This document shows, piece by piece, positions 12,001-21,837 of a DNA stretch of 64,000 nt; position 1 is the stretch's first letter; every line of letters begins with the position of its first letter. This DNA is from Tubiluchus corallicola (taxonomy: Eukaryota; Animalia; Priapulida), in contig JAQGDQ010000030.1 of the NCBI GenBank assembly GCA_030141605.1, positions 665,171 to 729,170 on the forward strand, written 5' to 3'. A model generated the notes under the pieces. It saw only the letters and a program-made list of their open reading frames with translations. It was not told the origin of the DNA and searched no databases. A program made the position numbers and the translations under genes.

Positions 12001-14678
12001 ATCTCTTTCAATACTCAGGAACACATATCGTACTCGATTCGATTTGTTAGGATTAAGAGCCAGTAATTCATCGAGGACCCAATCTTCTTGTACAGCCGGA
12101 CAATCTACCGTCGAGACTAGACCGCATGGTTTCGGATCCTTCATCCATGAGGTACATTCACGAGCAAGAACTGTCAGCTTTAGAAGTGACAGATGGGCCA
12201 GTTACAGCATCTTTTAGCTCAACAACAGTGTCATTTGTTAGTTTTAGAGTTTGCATACAAGAAAATGCTTCGGGTTTGTCTTAACTTCAGAAGGCAGCTC
12301 ATCTCAAATTCCTAATAGCGTTCCTTGAAGCGATTTGGCCTCATTACGAACTGGAGCATATTCAACATAGTGCTGCCCTTCTCTAACAGCATCGTATTTT
12401 TGATAAGCTATGTGTTTGGCCCTAACTTTAGTAAGATTGTAGTTATTCAGCCATTTCGATTTACGTGGGTGATTTTTATCGCCCACCACTTTCACGGGAA
12501 TGCGTTTCCGCTGAATTTGATCACACTCATTTACGAAAGATTCTGAGGCTGGATCTACTGTTGTGTTCCTAAGCAGCAATCTCCAATCAACAGCACTTAA
12601 ATCGATTTTCGTTCCGTCAAAGTCTGTTTTAGCAAAATTAGGCTGCCGACGTATTGTGTATTAAAGGTTCAACCTGGTAAATAAAATCAAAAGAAAGTAC
12701 GTGATGTCAATAGGATTCAAATAATTGATATCGTCAACTAGATATACTATTAGTAAGGCTAGGCTTACTCCATATGCGCATACACACTCACGCGCCGAAG
12801 AATTCTCTGACTTCCCAGTGATCTGCTGACCCGTAAATGGCTAGAGAAACAAAAATAGTTGCACAAAATAGTAAGCGTCTGGTCTGGGTAGCAAGTGTCA
12901 AAGTAGATCCGCGTGATGTCAGGCTCAATTTTAAACAGACCCAGCAGCGAAGACCGATGAAGCCAAAGCCAGAAAAATAGATGTTTAATTTTTGGGTTCA
13001 TAAGAAATTTTTTACGCATACCTTAATGCTTCTTTAAGACAATGATGGTAAAATTGGAATATAGCTAACTGACAAGGACCAAGATGAGATAGGCCTACTG
13101 AATCAGTTGTTATGTCTCAGCCACGTTTGAATGGTACTACATCCTTAGCGAGAGAACTAAGCTGGGCCAGTAGGACAAAAAAGTTCTTATGAAGCCGTTT
13201 AGAAGCAAACTCCTAGTGGTCATCCATCCATTTAATAACCAAACCTCGTATTACTAAAACAAAATTGTGACGGTTTTAGTAATGCGAAGTTTGGTTATTA
13301 AATGGATGTGTGACCACTAGAAGCATTGCTTCTGAACGGTTTCAAAAGATAAAGTTGCGATGGTTTCTTTTGTCGTTGTTGTCTTGTCATTTTATTATTG
13401 TTTATTGGTTTATTTGGATTCTTCTTGCTGCTGTTGGTGTTGCTGTTGTCAGTAGTCAACAAATCGTGGAATGATTTTAGAATTCTACAACCCTTTTCAC
13501 ATTCTCAGATTTGGTTACAAACTTTTAGATTTGCCTTAGGCATATTATTATGTGAATTCTATAAGTTCTGTAAAAACTTGTTTTATCAAATCAATATTGC
13601 TTTATGCAGTTCCGCAAGTAAATATATTCAGTCTTTATTATATTTAATCTTATATTTAGTCTTGTTCAATGGACTTAACTGTCTGAAATAGAATAAATAA
13701 TAAATTAACAATACTATATTACGATATCATTATAACATTAATGTATTACGTTTAGCTGCAACGTTCAGACTACGCTCTTAGAATTTTAGTTTATGTAACT
13801 TAGTCATGTAATTTATGTATATGTTCCTCTCATTTAAATAACAAAAAATAGGTTGTTTTGTTGTATATGAATAAAAAAAACATGTTTTGTGCAAACATGC
13901 TGCGAATAACTAAATCTGTCAGTTATTTGCGAGCAGGCTCACTAAAATAAATGCGTATTAGTTATATAACTGGTTTGTGTTGATGAGGTGTACATAAAAA
14001 AGTAGTAAACCGCTTGTCATGGCTAAATACCAACATTCTCTTATCATTTGTTACGTTCCCACATTATAAGGGCAACTAGCTTTTAACAATCATCAAATAG
14101 AATAACAGTAAAACGGTGTTCAAAACGATAAATTTGTCAGGGTAAATTTACTTCCTGTACGCCCTAGGATCTGTATACGTGACAGTTTTTGCTTTCCGGC
14201 TCCTTCCGGTGACCTCATTCTGAACTGAAGACATGAGATCGAGGGAAGCCGACTTAACCTTCAAAAGTCACTGAAATAGCATAATTATAAACGCCTATCC
14301 AATCGTGCGAATGTATACTGGCTTCATTAATAATCAATTAATTAAAATTCTGAAGAAATCAAGACAAAAATTATTGCAACTATACAACACAATGCCAACT
14401 TCAAAAGCATCTTTATCCATGTCTTATTTACTGAGTACTTGTTTAAAGATACACCTTTAAAAGTAAATAAAATTGATAGTAAAGATAAACGTACCGCCTC
14501 CATTTTTGTAGCATAAGTAAGGAAATCTCCATACATTTCCCAAGCCTACAGCAAACCCAATGCACGACATGAGAAAATCCAGCTTTCCAGTCCACAAATC
14601 CCTTTCTTCAACTTTTTCTGAAAGCTTCCTATTTTCAGGAACGTGTACACTTTCATCATCATTCTTTATCGTTGCCAT
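1..14678 (-). CDS. SLC6 sodium/chloride-dependent transporter, creatine/GABA/taurine subfamily (SLC6A8-like); 3' end outside window
   Basis: Hand-spliced GT-AG exons, all phase-compatible: 14495-14678, 6781-6912, 5943-6087, 5339-5428, 4825-4957, 4056-4190, 3636-3739, 2348-2472, 2130-2242, 1072-1209, 540-642, 1-78. Motifs [57 protein letters not shown] and GLDSQFVGVEG. Confidence 0.97.
540..642 (-). CDS. SLC6 transporter exon 11
   Basis: [34 protein letters not shown]. Confidence 0.95.
1072..1209 (-). CDS. SLC6 transporter exon 10
   Basis: [46 protein letters not shown]. Confidence 0.95.
1326..1425. repeat. dispersed repeat, copy 1 (copy 2 at about 17795-17895)
   Basis: CATTG(G/A)GCAGGC...CTAAAATAAAA...ATCTG(C/T)CCTCAAGACAGGT(A/G)AACA...TGCTA..TGCCAG is shared between the two loci. 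Confidence 0.7.
2130..2242 (-). CDS. SLC6 transporter exon 9
   Basis: [38 protein letters not shown]. Confidence 0.95.
2348..2472 (-). CDS. SLC6 transporter exon 8
   Basis: [41 protein letters not shown]. Confidence 0.95.
3636..3739 (-). CDS. SLC6 transporter exon 7 (TM6)
   Basis: [35 protein letters not shown]. Confidence 0.95.
4056..4190 (-). CDS. SLC6 transporter exon 6
   Basis: [45 protein letters not shown]. Confidence 0.95.
4825..4957 (-). CDS. SLC6 transporter exon 5
   Basis: [44 protein letters not shown]. Confidence 0.95.
5339..5428 (-). CDS. SLC6 transporter exon 4 (extracellular loop 2)
   Basis: [29 protein letters not shown]; donor GTAAGT. Confidence 0.92.
5943..6087 (-). CDS. 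SLC6 transporter exon 3
   Basis: [48 protein letters not shown]; AG/GT bounded. Confidence 0.95.
6781..6912 (-). CDS. SLC6 transporter exon 2
   Basis: TTTCAG acceptor; [43 protein letters not shown]. Confidence 0.95.
7085..7294. mobile_element. non-autonomous DNA transposon fragment, Kolobok-like (related copies at about 35572-35665 and 47733-47915)
   Basis: Shared core AGGATT.AGTAATAAAA...GCCTCG.GTAATTAGTAAAATCA..TTTAAA.TCGCGAT. Copies begin with TTAAAG or end with CCTTTAA, as expected for TTAA-targeting Kolobok elements. The superfamily call is inference. Confidence 0.55.
8290..8650 (-). mobile_element. decayed LINE ORF1 (SGNH-esterase-like) remnant
   Basis: Minus-strand translation [12 protein letters not shown]...EAVAVVL resembles the C(Y/F)PG...VVxHxGTND pattern of CR1/L2 ORF1 esterases; broken by stops and frameshifts. 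Confidence 0.3.
10510..13180 (-). mobile_element. decayed CR1-clade LINE retrotransposon (ORF2 reverse transcriptase) in SLC6 intron 1
   Basis: Broken frames give GIPQGSVL...[10 protein letters not shown]...[43 protein letters not shown], the tether PNFAKTDFD...VDW and the C-terminus [30 protein letters not shown]; many stops and frameshifts. Confidence 0.9.
11404..11760 (+). mobile_element. nested insertion: 3' end of another retroelement with (TAAA)n tail inside the CR1 RT
   Basis: Interrupts the host GF(T)RGHSCLTN motif; AT-rich, ends in GAATAAATAAATAAAT, and lies in the opposite orientation to the host LINE. Confidence 0.6.
13186..13348. repeat. long imperfect palindrome / foldback MITE-like element
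   Basis: Arms of about 75 bp: GAAGCCGTTTAGAAGCAA..CTAGTGGTCA..CATCCATTTAATAACCAAAC..CG.ATTACTAAAAC and its reverse complement, separated by a 12-nt loop. Confidence 0.85.
14495..14678 (-). CDS. SLC6 transporter coding exon 1 (N-terminus, TM1)
   Basis: MATIKND...[36 protein letters not shown](G); donor GTACG. Confidence 0.95.
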
Positions 14679-14978
14679 TATCTGAATAATAGTTTGAATA
14701 ACAACAACTAACATCAGTTTTGCTTTTAGGCTTTTTAGTTTCTGGTTAGTTTTAACAAGCTCGACACGAACTGTTGACCGAGAAACTCACGGCACTTATG
14801 ATACATTGCGAATTAGCGGAGCCTCGTGCTTTTTTTCAAAATGATGTTATCGTCGCTATTTTTCATTTAAATTGGTGGATCGAAAATTCAACTCTAGCAA
14901 TGAATGCAGAATTCGCCCTATAGTATAATACTATTAACTTTCACGTCGATCCAATTATTTTTTAAAACGAGGTTACCG

Positions 14979-15004
14979 CCGCCATTTTGAATTCGACATG
15001 GCGG
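14979..15004. promoter_or_regulatory. palindromic pair of YY1-type motifs upstream of the SLC6 start
   Basis: CCGCCATTTTGAATTCGACATGGCGG, about 300 bp 5' of the ATG at 14678. Confidence 0.4.
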
Positions 15005-15717
15005 AGGATCTAAACTTCGACTTCGTCAATCGATGCAGAATTCATTCTAGTATAGACATGTGAACTTCCATGACGATCCAATGCGAATTTGCGAAGCCTT
15101 AAGCTTTTGACAGAGAATCATCTCCCAACAAGAACAACATTCAGATGAGTAGTGATATGGGTCGAGCGACTCGAGCCCCGACCAAAATCCGGCTGTAGTG
15201 TGGTTTTCCCGTAATACTTTGCTCTAGATGACGAGTCGCTCTTGTCGTAACAGCGCAGTTTCAGTGCAGTTGTAACTTAGTAACTACTACCCAATAATTT
15301 AATAAGTTTTCATGAAAAATCAATGCACGAAAAAACACACGCGCTTTTTGACATCGGAATACAGCCTGCTTAATTTGCTGAATGAGAAGCAGATACTAGA
15401 GGAGAGTAAATTATTCCCACATTTTTTCCCAATGGTCGCAAGTACACAGTTGGACCACAGTCAGAACGTAAGTTGATACTTTGCGGATGTGCAGTTCTGC
15501 TGCAAAAGCTTCAGCTTTCAAGTTCTGAAATACGGGTAACAGTAACGTACTAGCTATAATACTACTCGAGGCTAAGAGGTGATTAATAGTCTTGTTAGCT
15601 TGTTGGATATCAAAGTTTAAATTTCAAGGCACTATATTATATTATAATTCTAGAATAATTAATATTCTGACAAAAATACAGTTTTCCTTCGTAACAATTC
15701 CTATATATATATATATA

Positions 15718-16460
15718 GGTTTTACATGTCAAATGTACAGCTGCGTTAACTCAAATGTAGATTTAGGTAGTTCAAATATGTCTTGGTAACTCAAATGTAG
15801 ACTTATGTAGTTCAAATGTGTTAACAATGGTTTTCAAGAAATCTTAAGCGTTTTTGGTAAGTCAAATGTAGACACATGTCAAGTAAAATGTGACATTGGT
15901 ATCTCAAATGTGGATAGGTGGTAAAGTTTAAGGATGTTAAATTTAATCTCCTTTAATCTTAATTTAATAATTACTGTGGAAATAATAACTTTATAGGCCT
16001 ACTAATAGTTCACCAATATTCTGCAAACTTTACATACCATTGGAACTGTTAGAGAAAACAATACGTTCTTAAAATAGACAATGTTTCTTGAGAGAAACTA
16101 ATTCATTAATGCAGTGCTAATGCATTACTTAAAAAACTAATTAGTGATTCACTGTTCTTTGGGAAGGGATAAACAACACATTTTTCAAAGTTACGAAAGA
16201 GATGATAACTATCTTTGGTTTATCTTTTTGTAAATTTCACTTAAATGAGCTAATTACCTATTTATTCAAAGTAATGCATCTACATTTGATTTACCTAAGT
16301 CACATTTGAATTACCATAACACATTCGAAATTCCTATGTCTACATTTGACTTATCTAAGTCACATTTGACTTACCAAAACACAATTGAAATTCCTATGTC
16401 TACATTTGACTTACCTAAGTCACCTTTGAACTTTCCTGTGTCTACATTTGACGTGTAAAA

Positions 16461-16462
<2 letters not shown>
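15718..16462. mobile_element. non-autonomous DNA transposon (MITE) inserted in a (TA)n microsatellite
   Basis: TIRs GGTTTTACATGTCAAATGTA / TACATTTGACGTGTAAAACC; (TA)n on both flanks; subterminal TCAAATGTAGA repeats in inverted orientation at the two ends; internal tandem duplication of about 60 nt at 16321-16440. Confidence 0.88.
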
Positions 16463-16502
<40 letters not shown>

Positions 16503-18040
16503 TGGACAAATTCATTACGGTTCATATGGCACGAATAAGAATGAATTGCAGCCTGCTAAACAGTGAACAAATAGTGAACGGCTAACTAACTTCATTGCCT
16601 CTTCTCTGCAGGGTGGGGCCCTTTTTCCAAATATCCAAACCATTTTCTTCTACACTGTCCGGTTTACCGACAAATCCGTGCGCAGTATATTTATCCTATA
16701 AGTGCAATCAATTCGATTCAATAAATTTTTTATTCGGCTGATTTGCTATAAACGATATTCTAACTACATACATAATGATAATAGCATGGCGATAATAAAA
16801 ACGAGTACGGTTTGATAATTGTACAAATCAGCCTCGAGGAGAGTTAGGAGCGTCAGCTTTCGAGACTAACCCCAGGACTGAGCAAACGCATGCATCACTC
16901 GGAATAATATTCAGGTATTTTGTGGGGATAGCTCACCTTCTGATTCTAACACAGCTATATGCCGTTATTACTATTATTATACAAAGTGGGCACTTTAATT
17001 TTTATTTTTATTTATTTAAAATGTATTTCGTACCTTTAAAAGTACATAGTAATCTAAAAAAGTAATCACTTAGTTATACAGAATGTTACAAAATTACAGT
17101 AGAAACTACTTAACATATCCGTAATAGATATAATCAGCAAGCTTAAATCTACGGGCCTCTGTTAAATTCATTGACTTCTACCTCACACAGTAAATTATTT
17201 ATACTCTTGCGTTCCCGTGACACCAACACCTCCTTCCATGTATCTTTCATTAGCTTCATAATCATTCATTATATTCTTGTCGGTTTACCAATTTGGTCCA
17301 TTCTTTCGCATACTGGGCTTACTCAACAACAAGTTACATGACCGTGTCAGTTTCGTTCTTACCTATAGAATAACTATCAACTAAGAACTTTTGTAATCGT
17401 CTGCATGCGAATTTATTTACACATATCTACTTTCTGAAAAGTTTTAATATAGATTTTTTTCCTAGAAGCCAATTAGGTTTGATTAAATTATCACACATAC
17501 TTTAATAATTGTACCAATCACAAACTATTGTACTTGTCATTGTAATTTTTTTCAAAGAAAAATTGGCCTATTCTTTCAACTGATGTCTAAAGTACATTCT
17601 GACATCCAGTCATATTTTGCGTTCAGTGCTCTTGAAATTGCACTATTAAACACATTAATTTTCATTGCGAGTGGGACTGTTAAGACAAAAATTGGCAAAC
17701 TAATTAAATACAGTGACTGACACAAAACCAGGTACTGTGCTAGCTGAATACCTGTCATTATATTTATCATATGCTCATTACGTCTATGGCAGACATTGAG
17801 CAGGCCAAAACTCTAAAATAAAAGAAATCTGTCCTCAAGACAGGTGAACACAGCAGTCATCCAACAAAAAAACTAGACATTGCTATGCCAGTACTGCCTA
17901 TAGTCTGAATACATGAGTCTTAAAACGTTCTTAGCAAAATAGATCAATGTAAAGGGTCTTAAGTTGACGCACGGACGCAGTTAGTAGTGACAAATGATTT
18001 GTAGGCATGCTCGGTCACAATTTACAAGCATTACCGTCAC

Positions 18041-18527
18041 CAAGGCCCCCTCAAAAGACGGGTCGGGAAGGCTCTCAGTAGCGCGTGTGCAGCAACTGTG
18101 TCGCCGCCATGTTTGGGCTTATAATAGCTGGTTTGCTGCGTCCTGATCCTTGTCTAATAATCATCTTATTATCATTTTTCCCATCCTATCTAAATAATTT
18201 ATAATAATAGAAAAGATTGTTTTAGTTACATGTGCGATATTTTTGCAATTCTCACTTTTTTTCTATTTTTTACACTTTGCCAAACTCAATCAAGTCATCC
18301 AAAACAGCACGAACACAAATATTATAAGGTTTCAAAAGACAATGATTTTTTTTAATTTCAAGTGTATAAAACATAATACATTTTTGACTTTGATAAATGA
18401 GGACCATGTCTTATATATCTCTTCGTCAATGGCACTACCGCCAGAACTAGCCCAAATATGGCGGACAGCTGGGTTGTGACGCAAGCAGATCACGTGCCTT
18501 CCCGACCTGCCTTTTGAAGGGGCCTTG
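18041..18527. mobile_element. MITE with TIRs of about 32 bp (PIF/Harbinger-like)
   Basis: Left CAAGGCCCCCTCAAAAGACGGGTCGGGAAGGC; right GCCTTCCCGACCTGCCTTTTGAAGGGGCCTTG; 3 mismatches; no ORF inside. Confidence 0.85.
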
Positions 18528-19100
18528 ACAGTGACAATCGGTGAGCGTGTTGTATTTTAGTTTTGTGACAACTTTTACGGAAACATCTTAACGCTACTTT
18601 AAGCAATGTAACCAGTTTGTATATGTACAACAACAATAAAGGTAAGGCAATTTACGAGTTTAGGAAAAATGACAACTGACGTTTCTGAACGAGTTGCCGC
18701 TTTTGCATCGAAATCAAACTAATCTAGTCGTTTTGTTTGCGTGTGTTCCGTGTTAATTAGGAGAGAACTATTAGTCCCCACACAAGAGGCAAAACTAGTC
18801 GTCATGCTGATTTGCTATCCAATAAAAATGGTACGGGAACATTTTGTACCGAACCGTACCGTAGTATCAGCCTTGGAACGAAACGAACGAAAATGTGAAA
18901 AATAACGACAAAATACGAAAACTAAACAGTGACAAAAATTTACAACTGTGCTGTCACATAGCTAATAATAAAAAAATTAGAATATTTTTCATCAACATCG
19001 CCGACTGCATGAAGCCTGATCAGGCGGTAAACACAAAAACGTCTTTTTCTTCTTTTTGTGTTTTAAGCATTTATTGTAGACATTGAGCCTTTATCCCTTA

Positions 19101-19420
19101 TTAGAGTACCCCCACTGTTTCCTGTTTGCAGTTAAAGTTTTCAACTCCCTGTGGTGCTATTGTTAAGTTTGGTCCCAGTTGTTGTAAATTTTTATTAATT
19201 ATCCTTGATCGTCCGAGTTGTTTTGGTTTGCTTCTACGTCTTCTAGGTGTTAGTGCATCGTTTAATGTTGATTTAATTGGTGTTGTTTCTGGCAATCTCA
19301 CTAAATGTCCCATCCATCTTAGCGTTCAGAAAAACGTTACTATGGGAAACACGTTGCGCCATCCGGCGGCCACTCTGTTCACAACGTGGATGCGCACAAG
19401 ACGTAATATCTGAAAAAGGC
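19101..19420 (-). mobile_element. RTE-clade LINE 3' remnant
   Basis: RWMGHLVRLPETTPIKSTLNDALTPRRRRSKPKQ...IINKNLQQLG matches the RWxGHxxR...RGRP..W...I.KDL C-terminus of RTE ORFs. Confidence 0.7.
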
Positions 19421-21192
19421 ATTTTAAAGCAGAAGAAAAGGATATTTTAAAGTATATCCCAAAGAACTTTCCATACAAAGTTACAGGAACATTACGCTTA
19501 TCTGTTTGAAAGACTTATGTAACTGGAAAAGAAAATTGTTAATGACCTTAAATATTCGCGCAACCTGGTAAAACGGCAGTGCATCGCAATCCCAGTGTGC
19601 ATCACCGATTCACAAAAACAACAACACGTTATTGATCTTATTCATATAAAGTAATTTAATTTTTTTCTTAATTAGCGAAGTGTGCTCTGGTTATCTTTTC
19701 AAACTTTACGCAATGTTGTCTGAACTTGCCTGAAACACTTAACGCTAAAATGGCTGCGCCTAATGGCCAGTTTTATAGAACGTCATTGCTAAGTGATATA
19801 AAATCTCAAGACGAAATTTTTAAGCTTTATCTATGAAGAGTGCTTTCTTGTGCTTTAAAGAAAACAGCTAACTGTTTAATAGAATGTTGATTTGATGCAA
19901 TAATTATTATAAAGAAAAATCTTCAAACTATTTGCTCACGTACATGTTCAGGCTCATGCGGAGTTTTGTCAGGAAAAAATATAACGTAAAGATAAAAAGT
20001 ATGTAATTGATGTAATCTTTTTAATTGCAAAAAGAAGAAATAGATAATTATTAGCAATATAGGTTTATTACTGCTCATGAAAAAGAAGTGGCCACCTAGC
20101 TGTCATAATCAGTGGTCCACTTTTGCTGATGCTATTACCATGACATCAATTTTGGCACTCATGAGTTATTACGGGAAAGATTTTAATTTTGCTTAGCAAA
20201 GTAGATAAAGTAGATATTGTGCAAAGTAGGTGTACATAAATGTAGATGCTGAAGAAAGTAGATGATAGTGTATATAAATACTGTAAAAGCAGATGTAGAT
20301 TAAAGGTAGATGAGAAAAAATTAATGTTCCTGAAACTGTATAATATATTGTAGCAGTACTTTTCGAGGGTAGTATATTATAAGTTTAGGTAATGGCTGGT
20401 TAGTTAAGTTAGGCACCACGGTACAAATGGTTTTAATACCAAAGTTCTGATTTGGAAATAGGTTTCAGTACGCAAGTCAGAGTTGGAAATAACTAAAATT
20501 TCATAGGTTTGAGCGCCCAAAATAGATTTGAAAATGGTCTTGGATATAGGTCCCAGCACCCAAGCCCGACTTGGAAATAATTAAAATTTATAAGAAAGTT
20601 ATCCAAAAATTCTCGTATAATAAACTTTCGCGCTTGCTCGACATCTGTATACTGCGTATGCAATGTCGTGTGTCGTCTCGCCTTGTACTCTCTCGCCATG
20701 TGCCATGGTGCCATGCACCACTTCGTCGTGTACTGCTGAGCAATGTTCCGCGAGGTGGTACATGACAAGGCGGTGCAAGTTGAGTCAGTACAAGAAGATG
20801 TCGATCTAGCGCGAACGTCTCGCGTAGTGTAAACTTACTATAGGCCATACGTACTTGGGTAAGTTCATTTATTTTTCTTTTTACCATAATCGTTGTGCTG
20901 GGCTGCCATCTCTTGGAATTTCAATGTTAAAATGTCTAATAATTTTAACCTAAAACTCCATTTAGGTGAGAGCATATTTTATGTTGGTCCAAATAAATGC
21001 TCAATAGGTTGAACAATTGATTTATTACTTACAGATTTACTGATTGATGATGAATCAGTTTTTGTCTTCGTGTTATTGACTGGCGAAGTTCCTCGTGAGT
21101 TAATCAGGTTTGAAAACGCATTTAGTTACCAAACTCACATGAATGAATAGAATTTTATTTGGAATTCAAACATTTTTTAACAGCCTGGCAAT

Positions 21193-21438
21193 TTAATAGC
21201 CATATTTTGGACCAAACATCATGCTATCTGGCGTACTGGACGCGTAGCCTTCATTGAATCCAAAATTTGTATCTATTTCTGCGGCTGTTTTCATTCTATT
21301 TTTCATATCCATTTGTTTTTTCAGTTCTTTTTGTGCTCTCTCCGCTTGACGTTTCTCGGCATCTAGTTGTCTTTGTTCTTGGCGGTGACGTCTCGCCTCG
21401 TCTTTTTTCCGCAAACGTTCCAGACGTTCTTGTTCTTC
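21193..21438 (-). CDS. LRR protein terminal exon 7
   Basis: EEQERLERLRKKDEARRHRQEQ...MMFGPKYGY then TAA. Confidence 0.88.
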   Translation of the reverse strand, partial: EEQERLERLRKKDEARRHRQEQRQLDAEKRQAERAQKELKKQMDMKNRMKTAAEIDTNFGFNEGYASSTPDSMMFGPKYGY

Positions 21439-21715
21439 CTGTTAATGAAAAGAGGACACTCTTTAAACCAAACAGCTAAACAAAATGGCCTGTAGACAAA
21501 CAGATTTTTTACATGGAATTTTACACTGTCGCAGTCACGCAAGCCTTGCGTGACATTAATACTAAGCCGTTTTTAATTTTTTTGCAAACGCTTAAGCTAA
21601 TGCCAGCTCTTGTACCGTGTAGGCTCAGTTTCTTGTTGGTAGTGTTTAGAGCGCCAACGATATTTCACGTGACCTTATTGCGACAATGACAACAATAACA
21701 AAATCGACAACAACA

Positions 21716-21746
<31 letters not shown>

Positions 21747-21784
21747 CAACAACAACAGTAACAAACATTATACTACTACTGCTG

Positions 21785-21837
<53 letters not shown>

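Noticed and set aside
20493-20887. Three overlapping short ORFs in a GC-richer patch
   Set aside because: No motif or splice support; probably the interior of an unclassified repeat.
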